This document shows positions 53,310 through 61,313 of a DNA stretch of 64,000 nucleotides, one piece after another. How positions within the stretch are numbered: the first letter of the stretch is position 1; the number at the start of each line of letters is the position of its first letter. The notes under the pieces are model-generated. The model saw nothing but the letters and a program-made list of their open reading frames with translations, did not search any database and had not been told where the DNA came from. The position numbers were made by a program, and so were the translations under genes. The stretch comes from Histomonas meleagridis 2922-C6/04-290x (taxonomy: Eukaryota > Protista > Parabasalia), in NCBI GenBank assembly GCA_020184695.1, contig JAANOX010000161.1:1-64000 (forward strand), given 5' to 3'.

Positions 53310-54326
53310 ATGGACAAAGAAAACAACCCCAACAATCCACATGATTTTGCGGAAGAAGAAGAGGAAGCATCTGTGGTTGGTGTTGTCACACTTAATGATC
53401 AAGATTGTCCAGCAAGGATTTATCTTAGAAATCAACACATTTTCATTGAACTTGATCAAGGCTTTATCAGCGAAAGCTTTGCGTGGCTTAAGGACCACAA
53501 AACGATTGACATTGATATGACAGGATTATTAGACACTCAAATAATTCCACATCCAAGCATAAGCGATGATGTTCCTTTTGAAGACTTTTCTCCAGCTACC
53601 ATAGTTTTGGCTTATCTTGATGATTTATTTGACAACTATTCTCTAACCACACTTAACTTTTCAGCATTAAATTATGAGTTAAAAGAATTCAAAGACGTAA
53701 TTGAAAAAACCTCAGATGAACTTAAGAAAAGAGTTATGTTTGATCCTCCAAAAGTTAAAGTCAACAATCCACGACCGAAAGTAAATGAAAAATTCCAATT
53801 AGTCAATGGTACATCTCAAATCCTTACTATGGAAGAAATCAATACTCTTCGTCTTGCGTTACCAACTAGAGTCCGAAGGCACCAATGGGAACTTATTTAC
53901 AACACTTCTGTTGATGGCTTTTCTATAAATTCTCTTTCCATTGCATCAAGTAAACTGATGCCACTTTTGATCGTCATAAATACAACAGACAGAATTCGTA
54001 TCGGCGCATATTTATCATGCGGGCTGAAGCCAACGAAAGGGTTTTCTGGAACAGGAGAAACATTTGTCTTCAACTTTAAGCCATTTATCCAAATATATCG
54101 GTGGAGTAAGGCAAATCAATACTTTGTATCAATCACAAAAGAAGAATTAATTATAGGTGGAGGTAATGCAAAAGCAGCTATTTACTTAACAAATGGGTTA
54201 AGAGACGGCTTTTCGGATCAATGCGAGACTTTTAATTCTCCAATGCTTACGAACAGAAATAAATTCCAAGTTGGCGCTATAGAGGTATGGTATATAAGAA
54301 GTATGTTTGCGAATCGAACAACGTAA
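53310..54326 (+). CDS. TLDc-domain (Oxr1-like) protein
   Basis: WELIYNTSVDGFS, GTGETFVF, YRWSKANQYF, IGGG, ETFNSPML. Confidence 0.9.
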   Translation: MDKENNPNNPHDFAEEEEEASVVGVVTLNDQDCPARIYLRNQHIFIELDQGFISESFAWLKDHKTIDIDMTGLLDTQIIPHPSISDDVPFEDFSPATIVLAYLDDLFDNYSLTTLNFSALNYELKEFKDVIEKTSDELKKRVMFDPPKVKVNNPRPKVNEKFQLVNGTSQILTMEEINTLRLALPTRVRRHQWELIYNTSVDGFSINSLSIASSKLMPLLIVINTTDRIRIGAYLSCGLKPTKGFSGTGETFVFNFKPFIQIYRWSKANQYFVSITKEELIIGGGNAKAAIYLTNGLRDGFSDQCETFNSPMLTNRNKFQVGAIEVWYIRSMFANRTT

Positions 54327-54423
54327 TTTAATACAAACTTATATTAAATAAATTAGTTTTCATTTTTTTTAAATGATGTTGAATAATAACCGCCGATTTT
54401 CTCTGAAAATAATTTACAATTTC

Positions 54424-54431
54424 GACCGTTA
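54424..54431 (+). promoter_or_regulatory. M3-like element GACCGTTA
   Basis: Ends 12 nt upstream of ATG 54444. Confidence 0.55.
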
Positions 54432-54443
54432 AATTTCATAAAA

Positions 54444-57167
54444 ATGAAATCAAGTTCGTCAAATATACAAAAATTTCTTCAATCACAAATTTCACCATGT
54501 GTTCTATGTTTTGCCTCACCAGTTATTCTTGAAAAGTTTCCTGATTATCATATTCGTCTTCTTTCAATTTGGAATAAAGTTACATCTGATTCAAATTTCC
54601 CTGTTCGTTTATTATTTTATGATCAGCTACCAGATCTAAATAAAGTTAAGCAAAACATGTCTGATTATTATTCACTCAATCCAAAATCTCAACCATATGA
54701 TTTTTTCAAAATCAATCCACGTAATGCCAAACTAAATGTCCGTCCACTTCTACGTCTTACCAAGCAACTTATTAGTCTTGATTACATGACACCATATTCC
54801 TTTTTTGATATTCCCATCTCTCTTCTTGCGTTAGTTTTAGACAATGAGAAGCATGTTATCAACACGACGCATCTTCCCAACTGGATGAAGCCATATCTTC
54901 CTCATGTCAAATCCAATCTTTTAAAATTCCAAATCAGCGATGAAGAACTTGAAGAAAAACTCAACAATTACCATTCCAACATTTTATTCAAGCGCTACCA
55001 AACAATTCTCAGTGAAAACGAATCCAATTACCAACAGCATTGGGTTGGCTGGCGACAAAATCTCCAAGAATTAATCGGAAACAAGAGCGAATCCGACGTT
55101 GATCTCATCACGTTAAAGTTTTATGCTGATATTCATTTAGCACAGTGTCATTTTAGCTTAGCGCATTCATATTATCATCAACTTATTCTCAATTTAAATC
55201 CGACGAAACGCATTTTTCTTACGCAAGCGCATTATTACATTGCCATTAATGATATTATTCATTCCAAAGTCACTCAACAAACAATAGAACATTTAAATAC
55301 AGCATCGGAATACTCAACGACGTCATTAAGTCGAACGAAATGTTATCTTTTAAACTTTTGGGCGCGAACATTTATAACGAATGCGAATGTTGCTCCAATT
55401 ATTAAAATCATTACATTGTATAAGAACTCATTAACATTAAAACTAATTAAACCATTTTGTTATGAGTTCATAGCAATGTCATTAAATAGTAATAATAATC
55501 GGAAAAAAGCGCTGATGTATGGAATCGCCGCAACTTATTTCGACGACATTAAATTTAACGATGAATTTGCATTAAAATGTTTTTGGTTCTCTTATAATTT
55601 AATTTGTTCGTATTCAAGTTGGAATTTAATCATTACGAATTTGTTGATGAAGATATTGTCGTTTAAGAATTTGCCGAAAGATGTCGAATTTAATCAATGT
55701 TTGGGTAAGTTAATGGAATCGAAACAAATTTATTATATCGACGAATTATTAAATTACTTAAAACGTTATCCATCAAATGATTATTTCATTTGTGGCTTTA
55801 TGAAAAGTAATCTCGATATATCGTTAAATAATGGATCAATGATGTTCCCTCCTCCAAGTTTAAGAAACGCAAATTGGTTATTAATATGTGAAAAATTATT
55901 CGGCTCTTTTACAAAAGGAAAATTCTTTACGTTTAAAAATTTCGGTAAAATTGAATGCGGTGTCGGAGAGACCGTTTACTTGAAGGTAAGTTTATCGTCT
56001 GCGGTTTCGGGGTACCCTATTAATGATATAAAACTTTTAACAAGTGGAATCAAAAATGTTCAATTATCTTCTTATACGATAAACAAGAAATCTGTAAAGG
56101 ATATAATAGAACTGTCATTTACACCACTTGAAACAGGAGTTTTGACGATTTATGGAATTTCATTTTCATTTGCTGGCCTAATTAATTTAAAGTCATTATT
56201 CACAGAAAACACATTAAAATATAATGTTCAAGACCAAGCACCTCAAATCAATATTCAATCCGAACCTATTAGTACGTCATTATTTGTCGGTGAAACACTT
56301 CTTTTAAATGTTAAAATTATTAATGGAGAAATTCCACTACAACATTTAGCTGTTTTAATACAATCACAAATTAATGTTATTCTTTATGATCCACAATTTG
56401 AAGAAATTTGTGGGCAAACATTTTTACCTAATCTTAAATCGAATGAAGAAATAGAGCTTAAGTTTGCAATCCATGCCGACAAAGAAGGAAAATTTAACCT
56501 GACACTTTTGTTTCCTTTCTGGACATCAAATTCGCATCAACCGTTGTACAAATTTCTATCGTACGATTTTAACGTCTCCCGATTCGAGATGCAAAATCAC
56601 GTCATAACTCGAACCTCGTATGAGCTTTCATGCCCGGATGGGTGTAAACCGATAGGCATTTATTCGCCTGATTATAATGCATCGATGTTTGTCCAAAATG
56701 TTTTTAATGATAAATTGTATGTTGAATTTGTAACAAGAAAACATGAAAGAGAGGTATTGAAACTCCCTGAATATGTTGAGGTGTTTCGAAGTAAGTCGAA
56801 ACTTAGCTTTTGGTTTAAGACTGAATGTGGTTATGTTGAATATCCAATGGATAATTTTAATCAATGCGTTTTTTGTTTGTATGAATATGTCGGAAAGGAT
56901 ATGTTTGTGTTAACTGTGCGAAATATTTCGAATTATGTGCTTACTGACATGAAAGTTACTCTGATGTCGCCTTTGGAAGATTTGTGTTTTGTGGTGAGCG
57001 GAGTCGCAATGAAAATTGTAGAAAGACTTGAGCCGGGAAATGAGTTCAAAATTAAGTTTAACTTCGTGCAATTCGTTCCTGGAATGTTCCCAAGTTTACT
57101 CGTCGCTTGTGATCAGTTCGCTTTCAATGAGAATATAAAACTGGTAAAAAATGCGGATGTATATTAA
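54444..57167 (+). CDS. TRAPPIII subunit Trs85/TRAPPC8-like
   Basis: ADIHLAQCHFSLAHSYYH, RKKALMYGIAATYF, then Ig-like VGETVYLKV domains. Confidence 0.55.
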   Translation: MKSSSSNIQKFLQSQISPCVLCFASPVILEKFPDYHIRLLSIWNKVTSDSNFPVRLLFYDQLPDLNKVKQNMSDYYSLNPKSQPYDFFKINPRNAKLNVRPLLRLTKQLISLDYMTPYSFFDIPISLLALVLDNEKHVINTTHLPNWMKPYLPHVKSNLLKFQISDEELEEKLNNYHSNILFKRYQTILSENESNYQQHWVGWRQNLQELIGNKSESDVDLITLKFYADIHLAQCHFSLAHSYYHQLILNLNPTKRIFLTQAHYYIAINDIIHSKVTQQTIEHLNTASEYSTTSLSRTKCYLLNFWARTFITNANVAPIIKIITLYKNSLTLKLIKPFCYEFIAMSLNSNNNRKKALMYGIAATYFDDIKFNDEFALKCFWFSYNLICSYSSWNLIITNLLMKILSFKNLPKDVEFNQCLGKLMESKQIYYIDELLNYLKRYPSNDYFICGFMKSNLDISLNNGSMMFPPPSLRNANWLLICEKLFGSFTKGKFFTFKNFGKIECGVGETVYLKVSLSSAVSGYPINDIKLLTSGIKNVQLSSYTINKKSVKDIIELSFTPLETGVLTIYGISFSFAGLINLKSLFTENTLKYNVQDQAPQINIQSEPISTSLFVGETLLLNVKIINGEIPLQHLAVLIQSQINVILYDPQFEEICGQTFLPNLKSNEEIELKFAIHADKEGKFNLTLLFPFWTSNSHQPLYKFLSYDFNVSRFEMQNHVITRTSYELSCPDGCKPIGIYSPDYNASMFVQNVFNDKLYVEFVTRKHEREVLKLPEYVEVFRSKSKLSFWFKTECGYVEYPMDNFNQCVFCLYEYVGKDMFVLTVRNISNYVLTDMKVTLMSPLEDLCFVVSGVAMKIVERLEPGNEFKIKFNFVQFVPGMFPSLLVACDQFAFNENIKLVKNADVY

Positions 57168-57634
57168 ATTAAAATTGTTGTTATTAAGAATCTAAATTTT
57201 TTTTTGTTTAAAAATTCGTTACGCTAAAAAATTTGTTTAAAACAGAATGAAATTTATAAAACAAATTTTCATTGTTTTTATATAAATAATATACAAAAAG
57301 AAAAAAATATTTTATCCGATGATTGAATTTTATCGTTCACTTTTTTTACAGTTATTAGAGTGATTTATAATCAATTTAGGTTGCTTATTTCAATATAAAA
57401 TTTGTAATTCTATTCATTTATGTTTTTATTCTATTTGATTCTAATTTAAGAAATTCAAAACCAATTTAGAATAATATTTTTTAAATTAAATTTGTTGAGA
57501 CATGTCTTCAAATGTTGTTTTTATATTTTTGAATTTATAAAATAAATCATTTTTTTTAAGAAAAACTTGAATTAATTCTTCTTCAAATAAAAAAGAAGAC
57601 AAAAATTAATATTACAATTATAGTACTTATATCC

Positions 57635-59278
57635 TTGTTTTCGCATTCTTTACAAATTTTTAATAACGATACTTTAACTATAACAAATTCGAGTGAATTT
57701 ACAACCACATATCAAAGTATCACAAAACATGTTATCATTTCAAGTAAAATAACAGAAATTCCACCAAAAGCTTTTTATATGTGGAAATCATTGATTACAG
57801 CTGTGATTAATGATACAGTTACTATAATTGGAGAAAAGGCATTTGAAAATTGTTCTAGTTTAGAATATGTTTCATTTGGTAAAGGGATAACAAATATCAG
57901 TGATTATGCATTTGGATATTGCACCGCATTAAAAAATATAACATTGAAAAGTCCCCTTACAAAAATTGGTCAAAATGTATTCTGTCTTTGTGATAGTCTT
58001 GAAACTGTATTTTTCTCTGATGGTGTTAAAACAATTGGATCACTTATGTTTCAGAAATGTTATAATCTTAAAAATGTCACAATTCCAAGATCAGTTACTT
58101 CAATATCAAATAATCCATTTCTTCACTGTTCTAGTCTTCAAATTATAAAAATTCCATCAGAAAATTCACATTATTCTAATTATGAAAATGATGGAGTTTT
58201 ATACAATAAGAAAGTTACGAAACTTATTAGTTATCCACCAGGAAATAGATTGGAAACATTTAAAATTCCAGATTCAGTGACTTCAATTGAAAATAATGCA
58301 TTTAATTCATGTACTAATTTATCATCAATTTCATTTGGAAACAGAGTAAGTATAATTAAAGATTCTTCATTTATAAGTTGTGCATTTACAAGTATAGTGA
58401 TTCCAAACTCTGTTAAACTTATTCAATCATCAGGATTTCGTTATTGTGAACATTTAGAAACAGTTTTCATTGGAAAAAATGTGACATATATTGGAGCTAA
58501 CACATTTGGGCATTGTACTTCACTTAAATGTGTGTATTTTTATGGAAAAACCTCTCCAACAATTGATATTAATAGTTTTTCTGAAACATCGGTCACATCT
58601 ATTATGGTAAGTGAATCATATCAAGGTGAAAAATTCGGAAAATTCAATATAACCAAAGGAACACTTGATAAATGTTTACCAATGCCAACACAAACATTTG
58701 AACAATCAAGTATTTTTACTGCATCGAACGTATTTTCGGAATCTATTACATATTCTTCAAAATCTTTACCTTATTCTGATACATTTTCTCAAAGTAGTTT
58801 AATTACTGAACTAAATCCAATTTCACATATATCCAATTCTTATGTTTTAACATATATTTTATCGATTACATATACAATTTCTATTCATAATTCATTTATA
58901 ACAAATTCATTTATTATTTCCAAAATTAATTCATTATATACTTATTCTCTAACCAGATATATTTGGTATGACTACACTACTATCATTTATTCAACTTATT
59001 ATCAATTTTATACTTATCTTATTTCATTATCAAATTGCAATAATAAACAAAATAACATATCAACAAAAGTTCTTATTGGTGCTGTATGTGCTCCAGCAGG
59101 AATAATTTTTATCATTATTGGATTTTTCTTAATTTTTTTATATAAAAAAAACAATAAACAATCAACAAAATCATCAACATACATTGCTGTAAAAAATGAG
59201 CCACATGAACAACACATTGAATTTATTGATGAAGAGATCAAAAATTACGCATTAAAAGAGGAAGATCAATGGATTTAA
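57635..59278 (+). CDS. BspA-like LRR_5 surface protein (no ATG before the signal-like segment)
   Basis: TpLRR repeats (VTIPRSVTSISNNPFLHCSSL), S/T stalk, TM, acidic tail EEDQWI. In-frame stop at 57557; first ATG at 57779. Confidence 0.85.
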   Translation: MFSHSLQIFNNDTLTITNSSEFTTTYQSITKHVIISSKITEIPPKAFYMWKSLITAVINDTVTIIGEKAFENCSSLEYVSFGKGITNISDYAFGYCTALKNITLKSPLTKIGQNVFCLCDSLETVFFSDGVKTIGSLMFQKCYNLKNVTIPRSVTSISNNPFLHCSSLQIIKIPSENSHYSNYENDGVLYNKKVTKLISYPPGNRLETFKIPDSVTSIENNAFNSCTNLSSISFGNRVSIIKDSSFISCAFTSIVIPNSVKLIQSSGFRYCEHLETVFIGKNVTYIGANTFGHCTSLKCVYFYGKTSPTIDINSFSETSVTSIMVSESYQGEKFGKFNITKGTLDKCLPMPTQTFEQSSIFTASNVFSESITYSSKSLPYSDTFSQSSLITELNPISHISNSYVLTYILSITYTISIHNSFITNSFIISKINSLYTYSLTRYIWYDYTTIIYSTYYQFYTYLISLSNCNNKQNNISTKVLIGAVCAPAGIIFIIIGFFLIFLYKKNNKQSTKSSTYIAVKNEPHEQHIEFIDEEIKNYALKEEDQWI

Positions 59279-59461
59279 AGATTATTAAATGTGTAATGCT
59301 TTATGAATTTTCATGATTCCTTATTTAATTAAAAAATATTTTAAAAAGTTAAGAAAAATACGTCAAAAAAATTTTTTGATTCTTGTTTTTGAGAGATGTT
59401 ATTACATTTATCTTAATTTTATAAATCTATTTTATATTATATCTTCTTTCTCTATTCGACA

Positions 59462-59535
59462 GCCATCGTAGCTCAATCGGCTAGAGCATAAGACTCTTAA
59501 TCTTGGGGTTGCGGGTTCGAGTCCCGCCGGTGGCT
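59462..59535 (+). tRNA. tRNA-Lys(CUU)
   Basis: GCCATCGTAGCTCAATCGGCTAGAGCATAAGACTCTTAATCTTGGGGTTGCGGGTTCGAGTCCCGCCGGTGGCT plus T-run; fully paired acceptor stem. Confidence 0.95.
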
Positions 59536-59778
59536 TTTTTTATTAGATACATTTTTTATTTTGTTCTATAAAAAATTACAATTGTAACATTTAAAATATT
59601 ATATTTATAACGCCGCCAATTTTGATAAATTTTCTTTTCATATTCATTTCTACATCAAAGGATGAAAAGAATTGTACGAAATGTTGAAATATGAAAAACG
59701 GGTATCCATTGTTCTATGGTTTATGGTTGTTACCCAGTTTTTCAACAGGATATCAAAAAGTTGTGAAAGATGTACAAC

Positions 59779-60777
59779 AAATTACTTCTCGAACAAGAAG
59801 GAATTAATATTAATGCTAAAGGTATTTATATGTTTTATTTAATATTTATTTTAATAATTTGTTATTTCAAAATAATATTTGGAAATTATTTAAATTATTT
59901 TGGACAGCACTTATTGAAGCATCTTGCAATGGTCATACAGTAATAGTTAAATTACTTCTTGAACAAGTAGGAATTATATGCAACATTAGTAATATTTTAT
60001 ATAAAATTAATGTTTTTTATAATTTGTTTATGAGTAATATTTGGCGATAATTTAGTTTTCTTAGAACAGCATTTATTTATGCATCTTATAATGGTAACAT
60101 AAAAATAGTTAAATTACTTCTTTCCCAAAAAGGAATTGATATTAATTCAAAATATTTTTATTTGTTTTATTTGATATTTATTTTAATAAATCAATATTTG
60201 GGAATTGTTTAAAATATTTGTAACAGCACTTATGATTGCATCAGAAAAAGGATATACTGAAATTGTTAAAATTCTTCTTGAACATTCAGAAATTGATGTT
60301 AATGCTAATAGTATTTTATACTTTGTTTTTCATATTTGATATTTCAATTTTACCACTAATACATCAACAAATCAATTTTAACAGCACTTATTTTTGCATC
60401 TGAAAAAGGAAATGCGGATATAGTCAAATTACATCTTCAACAAAAATTAATTTATATCAATAATCGAACTGTTCTTTTTTTTATCTCGATGTTTTATTTA
60501 AAAATTTTATGTTTGAAAATAATCAAAGGCAAATATTTACATCATTTGATATACAGCACTTATTTTGGCATCCGAAAAATGTTATACCGAAACTGTTAAA
60601 CTACTTATTGAACAAAAAGATATCGATATAAATATAAAAAATGTTTATTTAACTTATATAGAATTAAAATTAATCATTTTTTATTTCAAAATATTTGTTT
60701 CAGCACTTAAAGCAGCATCTCAATATCCTCACACTAAAATTGTTGAATTGCTTGTGCATACACAAAAAGAAAGATAA
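59779..60777 (+). repeat. Interrupted ankyrin array (locus E), no head domain visible
   Basis: Partial unit, then units at 59904, 60066, 60223, 60381, 60553, 60700; spacers 80, 72, 67, 68, 82, 57 nt; ends in TAA at 60777. Confidence 0.88.
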
Positions 60778-61313
60778 AAATAGTTAACAATTCATCTAAT
60801 AAATGTTACAAAACCAAATGCTTCACATTATTAAAATTCTGAGAAAAATGATCAATATAATTGAGAAACTTTTCAACTAGTTGAATTACTTCACCAATTT
60901 TATCACTGTCAATAATTTTTGCATTTACATCTATTTAAGAGTAAGACAAAACAAATGATTTTGTCCAAAAACCCACAACATAAAAAATAAAGTATTTAAT
61001 TCCAATTATCCATCACAAAGAGACCGTTAATGGCTAAATTTCCTACCAAAACATAAAATTCCAATTATTTTTGTCATAGAATAAATCATATTATTAGAAA
61101 CAATACCATTTAGGAAAGATATTTATTATAATTTTAACTTTAAATTACTTATATTTAGATAGATGAAATAGTTTACTTTTCGAAAGTCATTTTCAGAACA
61201 TTTCAGAGCCCATCGTATCAAAATCCACACAAATTTCTATCGTTACTGATTTTGGGCTCCATTGAAATCCAACAAGAAAAAATTCAAAGGAAAAATACCC
61301 GCTAAACCCAAAC

